Source: Azolla caroliniana
Taxonomy: Eukaryota; Plantae; Polypodiophyta
DNA: 64,000 nt
Direction: 5' to 3'
Assembly: GCA_043228905.1 (NCBI GenBank)
Contig: JBHGNT010000021.1
Span: 2,728,001-2,792,000, forward strand
Under the pieces are notes generated by a model that ran no database searches, had not been told where the DNA came from, and saw nothing but the letters and a program-made list of their open reading frames with translations. Below, piece after piece: positions 54,411 to 64,000 of the stretch. Every line of letters begins with the position of its first letter. Positions within the stretch are counted from its first letter, which is position 1. Both the position numbers and the translations under genes were made by a program.

Positions 54411-54781
54411 TGTTGGCCGGTCAGAGAAGGCAAATGGGAAAGCAAGGTCGGATCGGATAAATATAGAAATAGGAATAGAATTATTAGGAGGGACGGATCC
54501 GGTAGTTGTAACCGATCCGGATCCGAACCGATTCGGTTTCGGTTAACGGTTGCCTACCGAGCACCGATTGTAATCTGGCCGGATGCCTATAAAAGGATCC
54601 GATGTTTTGTAATGGAAGCGCGAAGAATTAATATAGTTTTGCTTATGCTGATTAATCTTGTCTTCGTCTGTGCTTAAGTGTAATTATCATACGCGTGTAT
54701 TAACATCCTATCCCTACCACCCCTTTGGAGAAGTGTCGGATAGACACCTGTGTTGCGGCTAGTCCAGCCATACATACAACA
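54411..54781 (+). repeat. Putative 5' LTR (boundaries uncertain; alternative end at 54705)
   Basis: TGTTG...CAACA termini, TATA box and downstream PBS-like motif; the partner LTR is not visible. Confidence 0.55.
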
Positions 54782-54833
54782 CTATTTTGGCGACCACGAT
54801 TCCTGCAGAGTGCAGAGGACAACCGGGGGATGG

Positions 54834-57800
54834 ATGTCTAGACAAAATAACGACCACATCACCGAAAGAGGGAGACGCCACGCCGAACGGCAGCGACGAC
54901 GGGAAGCCTTGCAGCAAGCCGTCGACGAGATCCGGAGCGATCGGTCATTCTCAACAACGCTTCGGCAAATCGCAGAAAACGCACTGCAGTTCCAAGTTCT
55001 ACAAGCTTCCGACGAAGGCAGTAGCATAACCAGCCTCCAAGAAGCGGAGACACTACTACAGACTCTCGCTGGCGGCGACGGGGACGCAGCGGCATTTGCA
55101 ACATTAGAGGCGGATTCGGATAGCGGGGAAAGCGTGGGATCCCGCTATAAAAGCAGCCACGGGAACAACCCCTTTGAGTCGGATCACTCAGCAACATCGG
55201 AGCCAGAGGAGGAACTAACTCTGGAGTTCGGTGACCGGCAATCGCCGAGGAGGGAGGAGCGGATACCAACACCACCCGCGGAGGAACCGCAGGAGCGGTT
55301 ATCAACACCACCCGCGGAGGAACCGCAGGAGCGGATACCAACACCACCCGCGGAGGAACCGCAGGAGCGGATACCAACACCACCTGCGGAGGAACCGCAG
55401 GAGCGGAGACCGACATCGGAGGAACCAGCGCAGGAGAATCAGTGGGACGACACGATGCCGTATCCGTACCCAAAGTATCGGGATGAGCCCGACGGAGAGG
55501 CACATGTGTATGCATTCCTGCGAACATGGGAAGCCAACCACGTGTCCCAGAGACTGACGGAGGCCGAGGCCGACCGATCCAAAGTCGCCGAATTCGGCAT
55601 GACATTAGAAGGACCGGCGGCCCGGTGGCACGACAAGCACTTACCAGGCAGCTTCGCCACGTTCGAGGCATTGAAAACCCAGTTTTTACGCTTGTTTCAT
55701 AGACGAGTGGAACAAAGGGAATTGGTCGGACAATTCTACACCACTCGGCAGGGAGAAAACGAGACGGTCCCACAATTTATCATTCGTTTCCAGACCTTGC
55801 ACAGTCAATTAGCAAGAGCACCACCCGAAGAGGAGGCCAAGGCAGTCTTTTTGGCTGCGTTAAAAGACCCACTTCGAGCGATGTGTGGAATCATCGATTT
55901 CAGCACCAGCACAATGGACCAAGTCATTGATCGGGTCCTAGAAATGGACAACACGAGCCCCTTCTTGCCGATGGGGGCGTTACACCAGGCGCTTCCGAAG
56001 GAGGAGGACCTCCGGTTCCGACAAGCCCTACAATGCACAACATGCCTAAATTCGGGGCACTCGACCGTTGACTGCACCCTGCGCGCACAGTGCATGATAT
56101 GCAATTCTCGCGCCCACACAACGAACCAATGCGAGTATAACCTGTTAACTCGACAAGCGGCACCGGTCCGACACATAGAACCGCGCAATCGGGACCCGGA
56201 AGAGGATCGATTCCGGAGGGACGACCGCTACCGACGAGAACGCGGCGACAGATACCCCGATAGAAGACGCGACAGCTATGACCGAGAGGAGAACCGAAGG
56301 GATAGCTACCCCCGGGACCGGTATGACCGAGAGGAGAACCGAAGGGATAGCTACCCCCGGGACCGGTATGACCGAGACGAATCCCCGGAATATGAGCGAC
56401 GCAGAGAAGAAAGGCGGCCAGGGAACCGGAATTTCCGACGGAACCAAAGGCGTGGATTCTTCCGTAGAGAGGAGCGTCGGGAGGCAACAAGGATTGACAA
56501 ACCAGTAGCGGCACCGGAGAACCGAAAAACCGAGGACAACCGCCGGGGAATGCCCCTCCCCCAAACATGGGAAAAAGGAGAATCCAGCAACACGCACAGG
56601 GTGTACTGTTATTACTGCCGAAAAGAAGGGCATTACAGTAATCAATGCCCAAGCAAAACAGCCGACAAGCAGCCAGCAGTCAACATGGTGACAGCCGAAG
56701 TACAGCAGGTTACCACGCGGTCGAAGGGGAAAGCCGCCGAATGGGAAGCCCAGGAAGCAATCAGAAAACAAGCGGCACAATGGATCAAAGAAGCCAACGA
56801 ACAAGGTGCGGCGGAAGTAAGAAACCAAAATATGCCAAGGGAGGAGGAAATCGTACAGCCAGGAGAAAACCCGACATGGCAAGCACTACAAGATTGTCAG
56901 ATCGTGCTGCCGTTGGCGCGGTTACTGCAGTTGGTGCCGCGGTTCACAGCAGACTTACAAGCCGCAGTGAGCAAACCGACGCCGACGCCAGCACCGGCAT
57001 TTTTCTCCAACCCGGAGGAAGGCCCAGCGGTGGTTGATACCAGTAGCCCAGCAATCACGACAATCGTCAAAGGAAAGGAGATTCCAGGAACAATTATTGA
57101 CGGAGGCTCCGGGGTGAACGTCATTAGTCGACAGACATGCGACGACCTAGGCATCCAGGAGTGGGAACCATGCCCCTTCTGGTTACGCATGGCGGATACA
57201 AGCTCAGTCCGCCCAACTGGTCTTATCCGGGACTTGGAAGTAACAATAGGAGGCCACGTATTCCGAATATCGGCCGTGGTACTAGAGCTGAATGTACAAG
57301 GCGCATATCCCCTACTGTTAGGACGACCATGGCTGCGAACGGCGCATATCAAGCAAAATTGGCAAAAGAATATGATCACGTTCCGACGAGGGAAAACAAA
57401 GGTACGGGTAGCCACGCAACCACGGGTGCTCACTAGCAAGGAGGCAACCCCTTTATATGCCGAAAGCATCAACATGTTGGAGGGCTTACCGGATGAGGAA
57501 GTTGATCGGTACCTCGAGGAACACCCACAGATCGTCCCACTTTTTGAGGTGGATATCACGGCAGCAGTAGAGCCGTACATCACAATGCCGGACGAGCCGG
57601 ACAAAGTGGCGATCCGGGAACTACGCCAAGCACAGGAAGCCCTAGAAAGAGAAATGACGATATCCCAAAGGGTGAAAGCATCCCAGCTGGAAGAGGTGGA
57701 CCTCGGCACAACAGAACAACCCCGACCGGTAAAAGTCGCGAAGGAATTGCCAAAGGAGGAAAAACAGGCAATGGTAGCACTGTTAACGGAATTCAAGGAC

Positions 57801-60626
57801 GTGTTCGCATGGTCATACGAAGACATGCGAGGGTTGGACCCCCAACTCTACCAGCACCAAATTCATCTGAGTACTGACGCGAAACCCATCGCTCAACGTC
57901 GGTACCGGATGAATCCAAACTATGCGGCAAAGGAGAAGGAGGAAATAGACAAGCTTCTCCGGGTCGGATTTATCCGACCAGTCAAGCAGGCAACCTGGCT
58001 AAGCCCGATAGTGGTGGTCCCGAAAAAGAACGGCAAAATCCGGGTATGTGTGGACTACAGGAAACTAAATGCCGCGACAGTGACCGACGCTTTTCCACTA
58101 CCATTCACGGACGGAGTGCTAGATGCGGTGGCCGGCCACGAAGTTTACAGCTTCCTGGACGGATTCAGCGGCTACAACCAAATCCGAATGAACCCGGCCG
58201 ACCAAGAAAAAACAGCGTTCGTGACGGAATGGGGAGTGTTCGTCGCGGTCGTGATGATGTTCGGATTAAAGACAGCCCCTGCAACATTTCAAAGGATAAT
58301 TATGGAAATCTTCGGTGATTTTATTCCCGGTTTTATGCAGGTCTTCCTAGACGATTTCGCCGTCTACAGCCGACACGGAGAGCATTTCGATCACCTACGA
58401 CTATGCTTAGAAAAGTGCCGCGAGTACCGATTAAGTCTGAACCCGGCTAAGTGCGTCTTTGGAGTCGCAAGCGGCAATTTGTTAGGCCACGTGGTGAGTC
58501 GAGAAGGAATCGCGGTAGATCCGGATAAGGTAAAAGCAATTCTCGACGCACCGGCACCGAATAGCGCAAAAGCTTTAAGCCGATTCCTTGGTCAAATAAG
58601 GTGGCATAGTCGGATGATACGGCACCTTGCCGACTTTGCGACACCATTGCATGCTGCTGTACATAGAGTACCCTTCCAATGGACAGAAACGGAGGAGGCA
58701 GCCTACCAAGCATTGAAGGTCATGCTGTCACAAGCTCCGGTGGTGCAGCCGCCGGACTGGAGTAAAAGCTTTCACGTCTTCGTCGACGCGTCAGACGTAG
58801 CAATCGGCAGCGTTTTGATGCAACTCACGGAACCGAAATGGTATCGGCCGGTGTACTACGCAAGCAGGAAACTCTCGAAAGCCGAACGGAACTACTCTAC
58901 AACGGAACGAGAGGCATTAGGAATGGTGTACAGTGTCACAAAGTACAGGCACTATCTGCTCGGACGAAAGTTCTCTTTCCACGTTGACCACTCGGCACTA
59001 CTCTACCTGGTCTCAAAGGCAGCCCTGACAGGAAAACTCGCACGGTGGACGCTGCTATTACAGGAATTCGAATTCGACATTTTCCACCGACCCGGGGCGC
59101 AGCATGCGGTAGCAGACTACCTGAGCAGACTAGAATCCGGAGAATCAGGGGACGGCGTACAGGACGAATTTCCCGACGCCGAGCTGTTTAAGGTCACGAC
59201 GGCACCGGCAACGGAGACCACAGTAGCGGACGAAGACAAATGGTTAACCGAAATGCATCAGTTCCTGAGCACCGGAGTTCCCCCGGAAAACCTGGACCGA
59301 GACGAACGGAAGAGGATGGCAGTACGGAGCAGACATTTCTGCTTGGTAGGAGACACCCTCTATCACAAGGGGGCAGATGGCGTATGGAGGCGAGCAGTGC
59401 GGAGCGATGAAAAGGATCTGATCCTGAGGGAAGCCCACTGTGGAATTGCAGGCGGGCATTATGCCGGCGAAACAACAGCCCGGAAGATATGGCAGAGCGG
59501 ACTATGGTGGCCTACTACCATGAGAGATGCCGTTAAGTATAGCAGGGAATGCGACCTGTGTCAACGACTGGGCCAACCCACGGAGCAGGCCCGGATGCCA
59601 CATCACCCGGTCTTGCCATTAGAACCATTCCAAAAGTGGGGCTTGGACTTTGTCGGCCCCTTTAAGCCACCGGCAATGCGGACCGGAAATCGGTATATAA
59701 TAGTGGCTACCGACTACTGCACCAAATGAGTAGAAGCAAAGGCACTACGGGACAACACGGCGGCATCCACGGCCAAATTTTTATATGAATGCATATGGTG
59801 TCGGTACGGATGCCCGATTGAGCTGATCAGTGACCAGGGAGGACATTTCCTCGGGCAGGTGGTGGAAAGTTTGACATCATTCTATGCGGTAGTACACAAA
59901 CGAAGCACTCCCTACTACCCTCAAGCCAACGGATTAGCGGAATCAACAAACAAAACGCTACAGAACATCCTTAGAAAAATCGTCAATGAGAACCGGACCG
60001 ACTGGGACACGAAGTTGCAGAGCGTGCTGTGGGCGTACCGAACGGCGTACAAGACTAGCATCCGGACGACCCCGTTCCGACTGGCATTCGGCTTGGAAGC
60101 AGTCATGCCAGTAGAATTCCAAATTCCTAGCTTAAGAATACAGGTTAAGGAGCGGTTAAGCGAGAAGGAATCCGAACGAATCCGGCTGAAGATGCTGTTA
60201 GAACTGGAAGAAAATCGAATAGCCAGCCTGCTACAGCTAGAACTAGAGCAAAGGAGGAGGAAAGCCTTTGTAGACCGACACCGGCGCGGTAACGAAAAGG
60301 AATTCGAGATCGGGAAACCGGTATTACTGTTCCAGACAAGGATGGGGAGCATGCCAGGGAAATTGCGATTTCGGTGGACCGGACCATTCTGGATCACAAA
60401 GGAATACAATGGGTCTTACCAGCTCGGGACGTTGTCAGGAGAAGTTGTGGGCAAATGGGCAAATGGTTTTCGCCTAAAACCGTATAAGGGGCACATGCCA
60501 GCTAACCCCTTCAAGCAAGACCCGGAAAGCCCGAATGGCGAGGAACCGACACCGACGCGTAACAACGACGAGGAACCGACAACAGTGCGCACCGACCCGA
60601 ACACATCGGGGGGAACCGAACAATGA
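54834..60626 (+). CDS. Gag-Pol polyprotein (Gag, 3 CCHC knuckles, PR, RT, RH, INT) with one in-frame TGA at 59727-59729
   Basis: IIDGGSGVNVI (PR), VCVDYRKLN, LDGFSGYNQI, FLDD (RT), FVDASD..EREALG..VDH (RH), AHCGIAGGH..CDLCQ, WGLDFVGP..ATDYCTK*VEAKAL..SDQG..NGLAES..WTGPF (INT); the frame continues past the stop to 60626. Confidence 0.95.
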
Positions 60627-60636
60627 TGCGGCATAT

Positions 60637-60641
<5 letters not shown>

Positions 60642-60681
<40 letters not shown>
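60642..60681 (+). repeat. A40 homopolymer just after the pol stop
   Basis: Direct reading. Confidence 0.9.
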
Positions 60682-60683
<2 letters not shown>

Positions 60684-61110
60684 ATGACGTGGTGCTACGG
60701 TCAAGAAAATTCAAGACAAGAAGATCAAGAAAATCATGGTAATGATGAAGGAGGTAGTTACAACCGTCACACGGGTGCACGAGCTATTTAAAGCAGAACG
60801 TGGGGGGCCGATGTACAGAATTTAAAACGCGCGTCAATTAAGGAGTCATAATGACAGACACGTAGGAGATTCGACACACGCGGCAAAGAAACGCAAGCAT
60901 GACACGCGGCAGCAAAGGACAGACATACTATTCATGACACAGCATGCGCAGGCGCCAAAAATAGGCAGAAAACGTGCAGCCGTCAGAATTAAAAAGTTAC
61001 ATGCTAATTATGGCAGAACACGTGTAGCCGTCAAAAATTAAAGAGTGACATGCTAATTATGGCAGGGGACGCGCGAAAAACAGGAAAAGGCGGCTCGAGG
61101 GAAACGCCAC

Positions 61111-61118
61111 TATATAAA
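61111..61118 (+). promoter_or_regulatory. Candidate internal TATA box for the accessory ORF
   Basis: TATATAAA 143 bp upstream of ATG 61254, preceded by a 48-49-bp tandem duplication (60964-61065). Confidence 0.45.
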
Positions 61119-61253
61119 GGAAGAACCGGGGAAGGGTTCACTTTTTACGAATTTTCCCACAAGCAAACGCAGGCTCAAGACAGCAAGATCCGACGCGCAG
61201 AACACCTACACCCCGACCTCAGACCACACGCAGCAGCAGACGAAGAAGAAGCG

Positions 61254-64000
61254 ATGGCACTGTCGGACGGAGCGCGACAATGGCTGACAGAGAACGGATT
61301 AGGAGGGCTGCTGCGGGTTGCTGACGCTCCACCACACAAGGAACCAGAGCAGGCGGCAACAGCGGTGGACTTAGCAGAGGTCACTGAAGGAGCGGTACAA
61401 GCGCTCACAGGGATTTCGGAGGGAGGACTTCAGACGATAGAGCTACCCTCGAGCCAAATATTCTTCGAGTATTTCGGCGAATACTCCCTTAGCAGCAAGG
61501 CGTATCGCACACAGGGCGGAGAAAACCTGCTGTTCGGAGAGGTGGCCCGCGCCCTGATGGAGTACGGGTTCGTGAACCCTCGTCCGGCAGCCATAGCCAA
61601 ATACCGAGCAGCGATCGTCATCGCGACATTCGAAGGCCTGCAGGTGGACTGGCTCCACTTCATCACCGAAGGACTGAAAGAGGCGATAAAGCACTTGGTG
61701 GAAGGGAAGAAGCCATGGGCCGGAATATCCCAATGGTTAACAGTGTTGGTCCCACCAGTGTCCCCCATCAAGCACAAGCAAAGAAGTCGGCAGGAGACTA
61801 CCCCGAAGCAAACCATGAAGCGCCGACGAATACTAGAGAAACACACCCCAGGATGGACACAGGAAGAAGAAGCGCCGCGGGAAGAAGGATCATCCCGACA
61901 GCCGCGGAAAGAAGGCTCATCTCGACCACCGCGGGAAGAAGACTCATCCCGACAGCAAAGGGAGGAAGGCTCATCACGGCAGCCACAGAAACAGCAACAG
62001 CAACCGACAATGCAGAAGAAAAAGGCGGAAAAAGGCAAGGAGAAGCTGGCAAAGAAGACCAGCAAGAGGCAAACCGACACCGAACCAGTAACGCTCGAAT
62101 CGGAACCGGTACCAGTAAAGGAACCAATAGTGGCACCGACGGAGGACGCTGAAACAGAGGAAGACTCATCCGAACCGATGTTAATACTACCACCCAGGCA
62201 AGGAAAGGAGAAACGAGCGACAAGACCGACCCCAACAGCGGACGGAACTCAGCAAAGGGCAAAAGAACCGCCTCCAGTAACCGGAACAGAAGCGACACAG
62301 GATGAAGGTCCGTCTGCACCAGAGACGGCAGTACCGGAACCGACGGCGGCGGAGTTCGAGGAACAAAGAAAGGAACAAGCGCCGGAACAAGAGAAGAGGC
62401 CGGAGAAACAGTCGGAAAAACAGCCGGAGCTAGGCACGCCTGCTGACACCAACGAAGGCAGAACAAAGGCACAATGGCTAAGGTGGTTGTCAGGGCAGTT
62501 GTCGGGAGTAGCAGACCAGATGGAGAAAGAGGAGGAGCAAAGAGAAGAAGTGACTAGGACGATGACTAAGGATATGGTCATGCTCCGGGCACAATTAAAT
62601 GAGCTGCAGGAAGAGATAGCACAGGCAAAAGAAGGCAGCCGACAAGCACAAGATGGCACCGAGCCGGTCGGGACATCAGAAAAGCAAGCCGAACCAGAAA
62701 CGGAGAGGGCCTTGCAAACCGGCCCTGAGACCGAGAAGTTAATAGCAACTTTGAAAGAAGAATTACAGGCTCAGGAGGCATTGAGAGATAACGAAAGAGA
62801 ACAGCGGAAGTTGGTAGAAGACGACAGACGGCGAATGGAGGAAGGCCTTCGCCGAAGCAAAGCCACCAATGACCGACTACAAGAAGAAAACGGGACACTG
62901 CAAAAGGAAAGAGATAGGCTGCGCCGACGAATGGAGCAGGAAACTGAGCGGTTGCGAGAGGAACTCCGACAACAAAAGGACCGGGATGATCAGTTGCGAG
63001 CTCAGGCGAACCGACGCCTAAAACAGAAGACGGAGGAATTCGACAGACTATGTAAGGATTATAAACAGGCCACGTCGGACATCAAGAATCAGGCAGCAAC
63101 GTACGACCGACAGATAGAAAAGCTGAAAGAGCAGCTCAAGGAAAACCGCTTGGAATTGTCCAAAGCAAGGGAGGAAGTATCGGTGGAGAAGACCTTGACG
63201 TCGGAACAAAGAAAAGAGATGGAAGTACTTCGGCAGAAAGTAGGGGAGCTGACAAAGAGTTGGAACGAGGAAAAAGTGAAGTCGACTTTCGAAATCAACA
63301 AATGGCGGAGTACCTGTGACAAGCAAAAAGTCGACTCGGAAGCTCAAGCTCAGTTAATGGCCGACATCATCAAACGGATAAGGAAGGAAAAACAAGCAGC
63401 TTCGGAACAGGCTAAAGCAGGGGTTGACCGAATTAAGTTCATCATGTCAAGCTGGAGTACCCGAGCTCAGGCCAGCATAAATGAAAGCACGGAGAAACTC
63501 TGGAAGGAATGGGCACAACAGGCAGCTGAACTGCAGATACTCCGAGCTGATGCAAAAAATCGGAAGAAAAACGGAGATGGGTTCTATAAAATGGACGAAG
63601 AAAGTATCGTCAACATCCGGGAAGAATTGTCGGAGGATTTCTATGCCCTAGCAGAAGAGCATCTCAAGGAAATCCGAGGGTTAGTAGAGAGGTTGGATGA
63701 CGGGCAGCTCGAAACCCAACTGGAATTGGAAGGGTACGAGAAGGACCGACTGCGACAGGAAGCCGAGGGACGCACAACGCCGATCTCCATCAGTGAGGGC
63801 GAGCGATCGGCTGAAGAGAACCCAACCGACAACGCACCCCGACAAGAATTACCCGAGGAAGAACTTCCGGAGCAAGAACAGGTTGATGCCGGGGATGATG
63901 CAGAGTGGAGACAGAGAAGTACCGAATCCGGGGAGGAAAGGACACAACCAGTGGAAACCGGAGAGAGCGATACCGGGAACGGAACGGAGGTGGAGCAGGA
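61254..64000 (+). CDS. Retrotransposon accessory ORF (>915 aa, 3'-partial): globular N-terminal domain, repetitive linker and long coiled coil
   Basis: Hand translation from ATG 61254 (MALSDGARQWLTENGLGGLLRV..) has no stop before the window end; absent from the ORF track, presumably because it is unterminated. Confidence 0.88.
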   Translation, partial: MALSDGARQWLTENGLGGLLRVADAPPHKEPEQAATAVDLAEVTEGAVQALTGISEGGLQTIELPSSQIFFEYFGEYSLSSKAYRTQGGENLLFGEVARALMEYGFVNPRPAAIAKYRAAIVIATFEGLQVDWLHFITEGLKEAIKHLVEGKKPWAGISQWLTVLVPPVSPIKHKQRSRQETTPKQTMKRRRILEKHTPGWTQEEEAPREEGSSRQPRKEGSSRPPREEDSSRQQREEGSSRQPQKQQQQPTMQKKKAEKGKEKLAKKTSKRQTDTEPVTLESEPVPVKEPIVAPTEDAETEEDSSEPMLILPPRQGKEKRATRPTPTADGTQQRAKEPPPVTGTEATQDEGPSAPETAVPEPTAAEFEEQRKEQAPEQEKRPEKQSEKQPELGTPADTNEGRTKAQWLRWLSGQLSGVADQMEKEEEQREEVTRTMTKDMVMLRAQLNELQEEIAQAKEGSRQAQDGTEPVGTSEKQAEPETERALQTGPETEKLIATLKEELQAQEALRDNEREQRKLVEDDRRRMEEGLRRSKATNDRLQEENGTLQKERDRLRRRMEQETERLREELRQQKDRDDQLRAQANRRLKQKTEEFDRLCKDYKQATSDIKNQAATYDRQIEKLKEQLKENRLELSKAREEVSVEKTLTSEQRKEMEVLRQKVGELTKSWNEEKVKSTFEINKWRSTCDKQKVDSEAQAQLMADIIKRIRKEKQAASEQAKAGVDRIKFIMSSWSTRAQASINESTEKLWKEWAQQAAELQILRADAKNRKKNGDGFYKMDEESIVNIREELSEDFYALAEEHLKEIRGLVERLDDGQLETQLELEGYEKDRLRQEAEGRTTPISISEGERSAEENPTDNAPRQELPEEELPEQEQVDAGDDAEWRQRSTESGEERTQPVETGESDTGNGTEVEQ

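Larger units (their letters stand above)
54411..64000 (+). mobile_element. Athila-like (non-chromovirus) Ty3/gypsy LTR retrotransposon with a 3' accessory ORF; 3' end lies outside the window
   Basis: TGTTG start at 54408 or 54411; TATAAAA at 54588; candidate LTR end CAACA at 54781; candidate PBS TGGCGACCAC at 54788 (tRNA-Arg-like); single gag-pol frame. Confidence 0.9.

Noticed and set aside
46361-63832. Many antisense and alternate-frame ORFs of 60-310 aa within the gypsy elements
   Set aside because: Expected shadows of GC-rich coding and LTR sequence; no recognisable motifs

Overview
AT-rich, microsatellite-rich land-plant nuclear DNA. The transposon lineages suggest a non-seed plant such as a fern (inference). 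Three spliced host genes can be rebuilt by hand: an 11-exon cathepsin B-like protease (+, 7507-12475, including a 5-nt micro-exon), a 4-exon calmodulin (-, 14388-16250) convergent on it, and a 3-exon protein of unknown function with a coiled-coil N-terminus (+, 36790-39861). Between them lie decayed copia/gypsy relics, solo LTRs, hAT-type and Tc1/pogo-type non-autonomous elements, tandem duplications and a CpG-rich higher-order repeat (24676-26327). The last 18 kb is a nest. An RTEX-like LINE (-) is split by a young, complete Ty3/gypsy element (46426-53574; 719-bp LTRs, tRNA-Trp PBS, 4-bp TSD, candidate -1 frameshift after the protease). A second, Athila-like gypsy element (+, from ~54410) cuts the LINE again. 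Downstream of its pol it carries a >915-codon accessory ORF with its own TATA box; this ORF runs off the window edge and is absent from the ORF track.
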